IMG/VR virus record: IMGVR_UViG_3300045971_000385
Span: 1-64,000 of that record
Reading direction: 5' to 3' (one strand)
Length of the DNA: 64,000 nucleotides
DNA from: a virus
Part shown: in pieces, positions 36,201-44,822 of the stretch
Layout of the letters: each line of letters opens with the position of its first letter
Numbering within the stretch: the first letter of the stretch is position 1
Made by a program: the position numbers and the translations under genes
The notes under the pieces: model-generated
The model's database searches: none
What the model was told of the DNA's origin: nothing
The model's input: the letters and a program-made list of their open reading frames with translations, nothing else

Positions 36201-37886
36201 GATGCAGTTAATATATCTCAGCTAGGTGTTGCTAATGGTGTTGCAACTCTTGATGCAACTGGTAAACTTACGATTGGACAATTACCGGCTTTAGCTATTA
36301 ATGATACATTTGTAGTGGGTTCTCAGGCTGCAATGCTAGCACTTACTACACAAATTGGTGACTTGGCAGTTCGTACCGATTTAGGACATACATATGTTCA
36401 ATCTGCATCTGACCCAACTCTATTAACTAGCTGGACTCAGTTACTTGATGGTACTACGGGTACTGTTACTTCAGTATCTGCATCGCAGCCAGCACAAGGC
36501 TTGACTATAGCTGGTGGTCCAATTACTTCTGCTGGTACGTTAACATTTACTCTTGCAAATGATCTTGCTGCAGTGGAAGCTTTATCTTCTACTGGTATTG
36601 CAGTTAGAACGGCAACAGATACTTGGACGACGCGATCGATAGTTGCTGGAACAGGTATCTCAGTTGCAAGCCCAGATGGTGTCGCTGGTAATATTACTAT
36701 CAATGCTTTAAATTCTGGTACGGTTACTTCTGTTGGATTAGCATTACCAAATATTTTTACGGTTTCTAATTCACCAGTCACAGCTTCAGGAACATTAACA
36801 GGCACGCTAGTTGTTCAACCAATTAATACTGTATTAGCTGGACCTACATTTGGTTCGCCAGCTGTTCCTTCTTTTAGAACACTCGGATTTGCTACTAACG
36901 ATATAAATGATGTAACAATTACTTCTGCTACTACCAACCAAGTACTTACATACAATGGTTCTCGCTGGGTTAATAGTGGTGCAGTTGGTGCAAATGCTGC
37001 TGGATTGGTAGGTGTGGGTCAATCTGGAGCAGCAGCTTGGACATTATTATCTGGCACAAAATATTATGCCGATTTTGCTCATGCACTTGGAACATATAAT
37101 GTAGTAGTTACGGTCTTTGACACAAGCACGAATTCAGTTGTTATTCCAGATAGCACCGTACTTACTAGCACTGGAAATGTTAGAATAACAGTTGTTGGTA
37201 ATACGAGAACATTAAGAGTTGTTGTTGTTGCAAATGGACAATCGATCGTTGCTGGCGGTTCAACACCTTCAAGCGTCGTTACAGCTAAAGACGGTGTTAC
37301 AATATCTGCTACTGCAACTAAGTTAAACTTTACCGGTCAAGCAATAAATGTTGTTGATGCTGGTTCTGGTACAACTAATATTACTATAGGAGCAAGATAT
37401 TCCTATTTTGCTAACTCACTAGATACACCAAACAATGCAGATTTTGTTATTAATGCTTTAGCACCTGTTACAACTGATCCAACTTATAATTCTTTAAATG
37501 TTAGATCATTTAGCAATACCGTAGAGCAAGGTGTTGGATTTACTTGTTCTATTCCTGCTGGAGCAACTCAAGCTACATTTAAATTTAGAGGTAGAGCAAC
37601 AACTGCTCCTGGTGCTGTTTCAGTAGTTCAACCTAGACTGTATGCAAGACAATTGCCAAATAATTCTGCAGTTGGTGCTTGGTCCGCAGCTAATGAATTG
37701 GCTAATATTTCTATTCCTACTAATGCATTCTTCCAGTATGCAACTCAGACTGTTTTATTATCAACTCTCGGTGTCGCGGCCGATAGATTGTATCAATTTG
37801 AATTAACAAGAAGAATTGCTGGTGTTACTGGAACAAACTTAGCATCTAATTTCTTATTAGCTGAAGTAACTGTGGAATTTGCATAA
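33219..37886 (+). CDS. long tail fibre protein (1555 aa)
   Basis: G/T/A/S-rich; repeated GTAGTYxSVTxDAxGRxxxGTNPT and VTSV...GxPITTxGTLTFTL modules; ATKQYVD; GVATLDATGK. Confidence 0.85.
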   Translation: MADISLSFSAEGGISLDDLVGIFTGTIDPSVTGEVAPIGSIFVRQNGQLYQKTGSLNTDWIRFSQGLGEAVKISATDTTSGYLNAKLTVSSSIVKSVGSPSGNETLNLDLANVGTAGTYTSVTTNAKGQIIAGTNPGFLTANQNITISGDATGSGTNSIPITLVDTGVVAGAYSNSNISVDSKGRITSATDGMSGTDTAPFKSKTNAQSGAPGNGLIIWNNAVLDSATSVNISTLTSNGVNVSAYFALLKTNTTLYFQEKASGQNYQRWLINSITNNSTYYTFGVTLLDSSPFSISNNKDMVIAIGTVGSATYVSSVSASAPAAGFTISGSPITTTGTFTFALADDLAAVEGIATTGLATRTAANTWTARTIAGTAARISVANGDGVASNPTIDISSNYAGQASITTLGTITTGTWQGTTIATANGGTGRTSIGTANQLLGVNTAGSALEYKTLQVGTGLNIALASNLITLTNTGVTSIAGTANQITASAATGAVTLSLPQSIATISSPTFAQLTVGSDPTLPLQVATKQYVDNAIQGFKPKQSVRAATTVQISLVGAQTIDGVSVITGDRVMVKNQTLPAENGIYIVAAAWVRATDMDVWSEVPGTFVLVEEGTTQADTAWVSTANQGGTIGTTAITWVQFSSMADVIAGTGLSKTGNTLSITNLGTAGSYNNVTTNAQGQVVSGSNVAYITGNQTIVLSGDITGSGTNAIGTTLSATGVTAGTYKSVTVDAKGRISAGTNPTTLAGFGIVDAQPLNAYLTSESALATSGIVVKNGSTALTRSIAVGSTKLSIANADGIAGNPTLDVVESNLTLNNLGGTLGTNKGGTGLAAIGTSNQILGVNAGATGLEYKSIIAGTGITLAQAAGSVTISASTGSVTSVAATGSTGLVVGGSPITTAGTLTFTLGSELQGLSGLSALGIVTRTATGTYTARSITSGVGTITITNPLGTAGNFGLDLTTIGTAGTYKSVTTDAFGRVTSGTNPTTLGGYGITDAVNISQLGVANGVATLDATGKLTIGQLPALAINDTFVVGSQAAMLALTTQIGDLAVRTDLGHTYVQSASDPTLLTSWTQLLDGTTGTVTSVSASQPAQGLTIAGGPITSAGTLTFTLANDLAAVEALSSTGIAVRTATDTWTTRSIVAGTGISVASPDGVAGNITINALNSGTVTSVGLALPNIFTVSNSPVTASGTLTGTLVVQPINTVLAGPTFGSPAVPSFRTLGFATNDINDVTITSATTNQVLTYNGSRWVNSGAVGANAAGLVGVGQSGAAAWTLLSGTKYYADFAHALGTYNVVVTVFDTSTNSVVIPDSTVLTSTGNVRITVVGNTRTLRVVVVANGQSIVAGGSTPSSVVTAKDGVTISATATKLNFTGQAINVVDAGSGTTNITIGARYSYFANSLDTPNNADFVINALAPVTTDPTYNSLNVRSFSNTVEQGVGFTCSIPAGATQATFKFRGRATTAPGAVSVVQPRLYARQLPNNSAVGAWSAANELANISIPTNAFFQYATQTVLLSTLGVAADRLYQFELTRRIAGVTGTNLASNFLLAEVTVEFA

Positions 37887-38605
37887 TGGCTATTCAATCG
37901 AATGCAGCAGATATTCACCTGCGATCTTCGCAGGCTATGAATCTATCAGCCCTAACCCCATTTAGTGTAACTACTTGGATAAATGCTACATGGAATGCAG
38001 GGATTACTGCATCATTTGTGGGGATTTATGGTCCAACAGTAGATACACCACTCGACCCACCAGTTACAGCTATGCAGATCGGATGTCAAGCTGGAACTAA
38101 TGATCTAGTTTGTTGGACATGGGGTGGTGGTGTCTTAGTTGCTGGACCAGCTGCTACTATGACTGGATTTAATGGCATTTGGGTATTCATTACTTACACA
38201 TTTGATGGGACAACTCATCGGGTATATAGGAATGGACTATTACTTGCCTCATCTACTAATGCTCAGATTCCAGGTTTCTTAAATCAGGTTTACATTAATG
38301 GATATCCAGGATCAGTAACTGGAGAAGTTGCTTCATTTCAAACGGATCAATATGCTCTGTATAGAAGAACATTAACAGCAGATGAAGTACTAACAATTTA
38401 TAATGCCCACGGAGCTCGACATGGAATAAATAATGGATTAATATGTCGATACGAATATGATGAACTATCACAGGGTGTAAATATATCAGCTGTTCCAGAT
38501 TTATCAGGTAATAACAATACATTAACTTTAACCGGCGCTGGAACAAATATGACATATACGTATACGAATACTTTTGCAAATTCAAATATTAGGCCAGTAC
38601 AATGA
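37886..38605 (+). CDS. LamG/concanavalin-A-like lectin-domain tail protein
   Basis: FSVTTWIN, WVFITYTFDG..RVYRNG, YRRTLTADEV..IY, DLSGNNN. Confidence 0.8.
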   Translation: MAIQSNAADIHLRSSQAMNLSALTPFSVTTWINATWNAGITASFVGIYGPTVDTPLDPPVTAMQIGCQAGTNDLVCWTWGGGVLVAGPAATMTGFNGIWVFITYTFDGTTHRVYRNGLLLASSTNAQIPGFLNQVYINGYPGSVTGEVASFQTDQYALYRRTLTADEVLTIYNAHGARHGINNGLICRYEYDELSQGVNISAVPDLSGNNNTLTLTGAGTNMTYTYTNTFANSNIRPVQ

Positions 38606-39483
38606 CAACAGAAATTTTAGGAAAGCTTTCATTTCTTCAGACACCAGATGTCAATGGAAGTGATGTGCTTTTAAATGCTGGTGGAGTTCCTCAGATTTTA
38701 GCTGGAACTACAGTCGCTAGACCTGCTGCTATTTTAGCGGGACAACTATATCTAGATATCACTCTTAATAAATGGTATAGAGATAATGGAACATCGTGGG
38801 ATGATTTGACAACTGTGCCTCTTATAGATGGCACAGCCAACCAAATAACAATTGTTGATGGGACAAATGTAACTCCAACAAATGTCTCTATTGCTAATGA
38901 CACAATTTTACCTGGGAATGCAGGTTTCCGCCCACCAGTCGGAACAACAGCGCAGAGAAATGTAACTCCAGGAGCAGGTGATACTAGATTTAATTCAACA
39001 ACTGCTAAAATGGAAGAATACAATGGGGTTTTTTGGAAACCGCAAGGTCAGATTCTTCAAGTAGTATCAGGGTCAATACCTGCTGCATCAGGTACCACAT
39101 TAGTTCCTCTGGATAACACATTACCATTAAATACAGAGGGATGGCAAATATGGACAAATACGTTTACACCAATTTCAGCAACATCGCGCATTATAATTAA
39201 GTTTTCAATAACTACTTCTAATAGTATTGCGACAGGAACAAATATTTGTTCTGTATTTGCAGGATCTACTAATATTGGCGTTGCTGCAACGAGATTAAGT
39301 ATTGCTTCAGGCAGCGGAAATTTATCTTTCAGTATTGTTTATTCGCCCGGTTCAGCAGCTGCTATTACATTTTCATCTAGACTTGGTGGAACAGTTGCTG
39401 GAACATCTTATTGCAATCAAATAGGCACAACAACCTTAGGTGGTGGCTTAGTATCAGAATATATTATAATGGAGATTCAATAA
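38602..39483 (+). CDS. tail fibre protein
   Basis: GTTAQR...GDTRFNST..MEEYNG..W, GQILQVV, C-terminal IIMEI. Confidence 0.75.
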   Translation: MTTEILGKLSFLQTPDVNGSDVLLNAGGVPQILAGTTVARPAAILAGQLYLDITLNKWYRDNGTSWDDLTTVPLIDGTANQITIVDGTNVTPTNVSIANDTILPGNAGFRPPVGTTAQRNVTPGAGDTRFNSTTAKMEEYNGVFWKPQGQILQVVSGSIPAASGTTLVPLDNTLPLNTEGWQIWTNTFTPISATSRIIIKFSITTSNSIATGTNICSVFAGSTNIGVAATRLSIASGSGNLSFSIVYSPGSAAAITFSSRLGGTVAGTSYCNQIGTTTLGGGLVSEYIIMEIQ

Positions 39484-39992
39484 TGGCAGTACAGAAACCT
39501 ACTTATATTGAAGCTATAAGTGCATTAACTCCTAACATTGATGTTTCATCATTAGGAGATGGATCTGATTATGATTCATTAGTTTGGCAGGGTGGAAATC
39601 CTTTACCATCAAAAGCTGATTTAGATTTACTTGTTATTGAGAAAATAAAAGTAAGACAGTGGAAAGTTATCCAAGAAATTAGAGATGCTAAGAAGGATGG
39701 AGGAGTAAAAGTTGGCAATAATTGGTTTCATTCTGACCCAACTTCAAGAATTCAACAGCTTGGATTAGTGATGTTTGGTGCAAATCTTCCACCTGGTATT
39801 ATGTGGAAAACTTTAAGTGGAAATTTTGTCGTCATGACACCTACTTTAGCTCAACAGATTTTTATGGCTGTTGCTATGAGCGATCAGCAAATTTTTGCTG
39901 TTGCTGAACAAAAGAAAGCGGCAATGCTTGCAAGTGCCGATCCCCTAAACTATAATCAAGATGCTGGATGGCCAGCAGTATACGGAGAATAA
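39483..39992 (+). CDS. DUF4376-like tail-fibre-associated protein
   Basis: IRDAKKDGGV..G..FHSDPTSRIQ...WKT....FV.MT...GWP; ATG at 39483. Confidence 0.7.
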   Translation: MAVQKPTYIEAISALTPNIDVSSLGDGSDYDSLVWQGGNPLPSKADLDLLVIEKIKVRQWKVIQEIRDAKKDGGVKVGNNWFHSDPTSRIQQLGLVMFGANLPPGIMWKTLSGNFVVMTPTLAQQIFMAVAMSDQQIFAVAEQKKAAMLASADPLNYNQDAGWPAVYGE

Positions 39993-39997
39993 GAAAA

Positions 39998-40693
39998 ATG
40001 ATGATAATGTTTAAATTAATAATGGGCGCAATTTTCAATGGCATATTGAAAGCTATTGAAAGTGGTGTAGCTAAAATTAAAGCTAAAGCTGCATTAGAAT
40101 GGGTTGTCCAGCGGATAGGAAAAATAGAGTGGAAACAAACCCACGCTATTTCAGAAGAAGATAAACTAGCAATCCATAAATTATTAGCCGATGGTTATTA
40201 TATTATTTTAACTCGTAGAAGTAATCATTTTTCTACTTATGCTATTTCTTTTGCTAATTTTATTCTTACTAGAAAATTTAGTTTTTATTCTCATTCTCTT
40301 ATGAATTTAGAAGATGAAGTTAAGAGCCCGGATGATTTTAGATTGATAGAAGCAGTTGGAAAGGGTACTCAATATTCATCATTTGATACTGTGTTTGGCA
40401 CCGTGGATGCAGTTGCATTACTTAAACCTAAAGCATTATCGTTAGATGAATGGAATGATGTTATGGATAAACTAAAAAGCGAAATTGGTAAACCATATGA
40501 TACTCTTTTCGATTTAAAATCTGATGCAGCAGTTAGCTGTGTCGAGTTAGTTAGAGATGCGCTTAGAGCAGATCCTGAATATGCGACCAAATATGCTGCA
40601 TTTGAAGCTATGATAAATAAGAATAGAAATCTTACTCCGCAAATGTATTTTGATTGCTCTGACTTTGAAGTAGTACATACAGTAAAAAGATAA
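39998..40693 (+). CDS. permuted papain-like NlpC/P60 amidase (YiiX/YebB-like)
   Basis: His before Cys: YSHSLM ... IEAVG ... GKPYD ... SCVELV ... TP; start at 39998-40007. Confidence 0.75.
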   Translation: MMIMFKLIMGAIFNGILKAIESGVAKIKAKAALEWVVQRIGKIEWKQTHAISEEDKLAIHKLLADGYYIILTRRSNHFSTYAISFANFILTRKFSFYSHSLMNLEDEVKSPDDFRLIEAVGKGTQYSSFDTVFGTVDAVALLKPKALSLDEWNDVMDKLKSEIGKPYDTLFDLKSDAAVSCVELVRDALRADPEYATKYAAFEAMINKNRNLTPQMYFDCSDFEVVHTVKR

Positions 40694-41071
40694 ATGTCTA
40701 TAAACGCCTGCTCTATAAATGAGTTCACAATTAATACCTTATGCGGTAGGCGTAGAAGTGCAATAATAGAAGAGCTTCTACGGCCGCCAGTCATACAGAC
40801 AAATGGCGGTTCTCAACAGCATGTCAATCCTAATACTAAAGTTCCATTAAATATCTTTAGAAGAGACAGAAGAGAAGAAGATATTGTTGAAGATGTAAGA
40901 ACACTTGAACAAGAATATGTCGAAGTAAGTATAGAAATGATGGGTGAAAGATTTACACAGACTATTAAACAGGATGATATTTTACCGTTAATCACCATTT
41001 CACGAGTTACTCTGAAAGATAGATTAGAAGAACAAGTAAATATATCTGATTTTACAATTAGGATCATTTAA
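40694..41071 (+). CDS. hypothetical protein
   Basis: ORF directly after previous stop. Confidence 0.65.
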   Translation: MSINACSINEFTINTLCGRRRSAIIEELLRPPVIQTNGGSQQHVNPNTKVPLNIFRRDRREEDIVEDVRTLEQEYVEVSIEMMGERFTQTIKQDDILPLITISRVTLKDRLEEQVNISDFTIRII

Positions 41072-41670
41072 TGCAACTCACCTTCCCTTCAGATAAGTCA
41101 ATTGAATTATCATTTAAAGTCGGCATAGCCGGTACTAACAGTGCGCCTTCATCTGTTGCTATTGTTTTAGAGCGAAATTCAACAGCATTAAGTTTTAAAG
41201 CTGTCAATGGTGGTAGCGATGAATGGACAGCTATTATTGATAATCCAGGTTCTGTGTTTGAAGCCGGTGAAGTTAATCTTAGTGTCAATATAGTGTTGAA
41301 TAATAGACTGTTTACTCCTATGAAATCAACTGCAACTATTGAAGCTGTCGCTAAAACTGCACCAGAAGCGCCCGTTAATGAACCAGTTCAACTCAATACT
41401 GATACTCAGTCAAATGAAATTCCAGCAATGGAAGAAGTAAATCAGGTTGAACAGATAAAAGATATTTTTAAATCTTCGTCTTCAAAGCCGGTTAAAACTG
41501 AATCTATTATTGAGAGAGTTACAGTTGCTCCTATCAAATTACAACTTCTTAAATCAATAGAGAAGGGAACAACAACAGTTAAACCGAAACCTATTGTCGC
41601 TGAACAAGTGATTAGCAAGAAAAAATCTAATACCCTAAGTATCAAAAAGACTAAAGTTGTTTATTTATAA
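41071..41670 (+). CDS. hypothetical protein
   Basis: TAATG-coupled. Confidence 0.7.
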   Translation: MQLTFPSDKSIELSFKVGIAGTNSAPSSVAIVLERNSTALSFKAVNGGSDEWTAIIDNPGSVFEAGEVNLSVNIVLNNRLFTPMKSTATIEAVAKTAPEAPVNEPVQLNTDTQSNEIPAMEEVNQVEQIKDIFKSSSSKPVKTESIIERVTVAPIKLQLLKSIEKGTTTVKPKPIVAEQVISKKKSNTLSIKKTKVVYL

Positions 41671-41677
41671 ACTATTA

Positions 41678-41742
41678 TTACTCAGAAGTAATAAAACTGT
41701 TACAATTTAACTGTGTACTTTACTCAGGTTACATGATATAAT
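41678..41742 (+). promoter_or_regulatory. early promoter with upstream palindromic boxes
   Basis: TTACTCAGAAGTAA(41678-91), TGTTACA(41698-704), TGTACT(41714-19)-17 bp-TATAAT(41737-42). Confidence 0.85.
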
Positions 41743-41772
41743 TAATCATAGTTAATATTATGAGAGAAATAT

Positions 41773-42333
41773 ATGTTATTCGGTGCTTTGGTGTATTTTT
41801 TATTATATCTTACAATCCCGTTAATATGTTGGGTAAAATTTGATATTTCTTGGCCCATGAGAATTTATTTTAAAATCTTATTATATTATTTTCTAGTAGC
41901 CATAATTACTTTTGCCGCTGTAGGTTTAACTTATATTGGAGATAATTCTTTCTATCAAGGAATAAATGCTTCAAGATTTAATTATAGTGCCGGTGTTGCT
42001 TGGTTTTTATCGCTATCAGGTTACATGATATTTCTTGCACCAATATTTCTTTTTGGTCAGTTAGCTTGGATGTGGGTTGAATTGAATCTCTATGGTGGTT
42101 TTATTCTATACACTTTTGAAATATTATCATTTTTTTACATATTTAGACCGTTAAACTTTATATTGAATATAGTTTTTGATGGCATTTTTTATTCTAAAGC
42201 AATGCATGAGGCAGCACAAGCTAGATTATTAGCTGATTATGAAGCTGATAATATGGTGCCTAATCCTGATCTTAATAAACCTGAAGAAGAATCTATTAAT
42301 TTTGAAACAAATGTTTTAAAAAGAAAAAAATAA
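41773..42333 (+). CDS. polytopic membrane protein (early)
   Basis: about 4 hydrophobic helices; own promoter and terminator. Confidence 0.7.
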   Translation: MLFGALVYFLLYLTIPLICWVKFDISWPMRIYFKILLYYFLVAIITFAAVGLTYIGDNSFYQGINASRFNYSAGVAWFLSLSGYMIFLAPIFLFGQLAWMWVELNLYGGFILYTFEILSFFYIFRPLNFILNIVFDGIFYSKAMHEAAQARLLADYEADNMVPNPDLNKPEEESINFETNVLKRKK

Positions 42334-42347
42334 TTTTATCTTAACTG

Positions 42348-42373
42348 GAAAAGCCTGCTTAAGCAGGCTTTTC
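42348..42373 (+). terminator. intrinsic terminator
   Basis: perfect 26-bp palindrome GAAAAGCCTGCTT|AAGCAGGCTTTTC. Confidence 0.8.
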
Positions 42374-42449
42374 GTTGTCCTGAAATCCCATTTGACTGCA
42401 TTTTTAGTAAATAGTTTTGCGTACTATATACAAACAAATGGGGTTGATT

Positions 42450-43079
42450 ATGAAAGCTGTTAGTAAGGCTAAGAAGTTAGCAGAAAAGGTATCAGAGTTT
42501 GATGATATATCTTTAGCATCATTAGGAGTACATTTGTTTTTTGGTACAGTTGATGAAACGTCCGTTAAATCGGCAGCAGAATTTTTGCTTAAGTCTCATT
42601 TCCTGTTTAAGGAACCTCGAGAATTATCCTTATTTTTAAACAGTATTGGCGGAAGCTGTTACGATGGATTTGCCTTAACAGACATTATGGAAGTATCTCG
42701 TCATCCTGTTAAAACAATTGCTATGGGAAATGTATTATCGATGGGTGTTCTTGTTTTATGTGCTGGTGCAAAGGGGAGACGATTGATGACTAAAAATACT
42801 CAGGTTATGGTTCATCAATTTCACCATACTATTGAAGGTAAATTCCATGAAATGGAAGCAACTTTTAAAGCGCAAGTTTATTTAAAGAAACAATTTCTTA
42901 CTCACTTTAAACGTCACACAACAATGACAGATAAGCAAATAGAAACTATTATGTTTGGCCCAACTGATTATTGGTTGTCACCGAAAGAATGTTTAGATTA
43001 CGGTATCATTGATCAAATCATAGACGAATTGCCAGATGCAATTCTTAGTCATCGGGAATCTCTGCCTCTTTCCTCTTAA
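42450..43079 (+). CDS. clpP: ClpP-like ATP-dependent protease proteolytic subunit
   Basis: LNSIGG, GNVLSMG (catalytic Ser), MVHQ (His), DYWLSPKECLDYGIID; start at 42438-42450 uncertain. Confidence 0.85.
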   Translation: MKAVSKAKKLAEKVSEFDDISLASLGVHLFFGTVDETSVKSAAEFLLKSHFLFKEPRELSLFLNSIGGSCYDGFALTDIMEVSRHPVKTIAMGNVLSMGVLVLCAGAKGRRLMTKNTQVMVHQFHHTIEGKFHEMEATFKAQVYLKKQFLTHFKRHTTMTDKQIETIMFGPTDYWLSPKECLDYGIIDQIIDELPDAILSHRESLPLSS

Positions 43080-43245
43080 TAGATGCTTCGATAGCTTCTA
43101 TAAACTTGGCATATTGATTGGCGAATGAAGCATTTATTCCGCGCATGGCATAATACTTGTCTGACAAATTAATCTTAACATCATATAACTGCGATAGGGT
43201 TAAAGATGGCCATTCAGATTGCGGTGGTATTACTGGTGCTGTCAT
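43045..43245 (-). CDS. small hypothetical late protein
   Basis: AGGAG RBS and TATAAATA (43269-76) on minus strand. Confidence 0.7.
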   Translation of the reverse strand: MTAPVIPPQSEWPSLTLSQLYDVKINLSDKYYAMRGINASFANQYAKFIEAIEASIKRKEAEIPDD

Positions 43246-43268
43246 ATTTGATCTCCTATATGTAGTAT

Positions 43269-43314
43269 TATTTATATGTGTCTAAATCTCATTCTGGTCG
43301 AGCATTTATAAATA
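43269..43314. promoter_or_regulatory. divergent pair of T4-type late promoters
   Basis: TATTTATA 43269-76 (minus) and TATAAATA 43307-14 (plus). Confidence 0.7.
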
Positions 43315-43344
43315 GAATTAGCAACTTTACACTTTGGAAAATAC

Positions 43345-43737
43345 ATGAAGCTTAATGAAATTAAAACTGTTAATGTCGGTGAATATGATTTATCTGAGGG
43401 TGTAATACCCGTTCACTTATCTATGACATTAGATCAAATAATCGATGCTGGTAAAATTACAAATAGTATTCAGACATTCACTCTAGGCGGACTCCTATCT
43501 ATGTTTAAGGATGGAGGTCCATTAAGATGGCCTCGAGATTTAAACACCTATGCTATGACAACAAGCTCCGACGTTATTGACGCTGTTAAGAATCTTTCTG
43601 ATTCCGAAGCTGTTGAGATGGCTGAGTGGTTGAAACAACAGTTAGTTAAACCAGTGGAATTTGAAACAGATCCTCAAATGTCACCACAAACTGATATAGT
43701 AAAATGGATGAGATACGTTCTCAAGAAACAAGATTAA
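43345..43737 (+). CDS. hypothetical late protein with MKLNEI N-terminus
   Basis: late promoter upstream. Confidence 0.75.
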   Translation: MKLNEIKTVNVGEYDLSEGVIPVHLSMTLDQIIDAGKITNSIQTFTLGGLLSMFKDGGPLRWPRDLNTYAMTTSSDVIDAVKNLSDSEAVEMAEWLKQQLVKPVEFETDPQMSPQTDIVKWMRYVLKKQD

Positions 43738-43847
43738 AAATTTTTAACGTGAAACTTTTAAAAGGAGATTCAGCTCACACTCGATGAAATTAACACGGCC
43801 TGGTGAATGTAAATTAAACATAACGCTAACAGTAAGGGGTCAAACGT

Positions 43848-44636
43848 ATGCCACGTAAACAGAAATATCCTCAGCCATTACCTAACGAAACTAAAGTACC
43901 AGCTTCTAGCGGAAATGCAGTAAGGATGAAGCATCAAATTAAGCAAAAAAATATAACTCAAGGATCTTATATTGAGTCTCTTCGTGAACAACCATTAACT
44001 ATTTGTAGTGGTCCTGCCGGCTCAGGCAAAACTTATATCGTAACTGCTATTGCTTTAGAGAAACTTATCAAGAATGAAGTTGATAAGATTGTGATCACTC
44101 GCCCAGTTGTTGAAGCTGGTGAAAAGATGGGATTCTTGCCGGGTACACTTGAAGAAAAACTTGATCCTTATTTACGACCAATTATGGATGCAATGGAAGA
44201 ACATATTGGCGTCATTATGGTTAAAAAATTGTTAGAGATTGGCAAAATCGAAATAGCCCCGCTTGCTTTTATGCGTGGAAGAACATTTAATAATTGCTTT
44301 GTTATTTTAGATGAAGCACAGAATACTACCCCATTACAGATGAAATTATTTTTAACTAGAATGGGATATGAAAGTACATTTGCCGTTAATGGCGATGTGA
44401 GTCAGTCAGATCTTACTAAACCTCGGGATCATGTAGGTTTGTGGGAAACTGGAATCGAGTACGCGGTTAGAAAACTTAAAGGGAGGGATGAAAATATCAA
44501 TTATATTCAATTCGAAAACAAGGACAGTGTCAGATCTGTAATGTGTTTAAGAGTATTAAACCTTTTGGATACGCCAGAACCGAAACTAGTCCCAAATCAA
44601 CAGAGAGCAGTACTAATGGAAGAAAGGGTGTATTAA
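43848..44636 (+). CDS. phoH: PhoH-like ATPase
   Basis: GPAGSGKT, TRPVVEAGE..GFLPG, APLAFMRGRTF, DEAQN, LTRMG, GDVSQSD. Confidence 0.95.
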   Translation: MPRKQKYPQPLPNETKVPASSGNAVRMKHQIKQKNITQGSYIESLREQPLTICSGPAGSGKTYIVTAIALEKLIKNEVDKIVITRPVVEAGEKMGFLPGTLEEKLDPYLRPIMDAMEEHIGVIMVKKLLEIGKIEIAPLAFMRGRTFNNCFVILDEAQNTTPLQMKLFLTRMGYESTFAVNGDVSQSDLTKPRDHVGLWETGIEYAVRKLKGRDENINYIQFENKDSVRSVMCLRVLNLLDTPEPKLVPNQQRAVLMEERVY

Positions 44637-44703
44637 ATTTATTCATAGACAGACCCATTCGGTACTGCACTACATTAAATTGTTACATTTTATTAATAGG
44701 ACG

Positions 44704-44737
44704 GGGAGAACGCAAGGAGGCGTTCTCCCTTGTTTTT
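44704..44737 (+). terminator. intrinsic terminator
   Basis: GGGAGAACGC-AAGGAG-GCGTTCTCCC followed by T-rich tract. Confidence 0.8.
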
Positions 44738-44744
44738 ATAAATA
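44737..44744 (+). promoter_or_regulatory. T4-type late promoter TATAAATA
   Basis: exact consensus upstream of large structural gene. Confidence 0.75.
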
Positions 44745-44822
44745 TGTTTATCTATCTTTCTAGGTAAATACCGGACTCCTAGAAAAATCATATATTTGTG
44801 AGCCGGCACATATGGAGAAGTA

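Noticed and set aside
33368-37022. Minus-strand ORFs inside the tail fibre, and similar shadow ORFs such as 28710-29180, 46208-46615 and 49268-49711
   Set aside because: Antisense to well-supported genes, no recognisable motifs; expected from codon bias
43738-43847. Possible structured RNA upstream of phoH
   Set aside because: Only short, weak pairings seen by eye; cannot be supported without folding or covariation analysis
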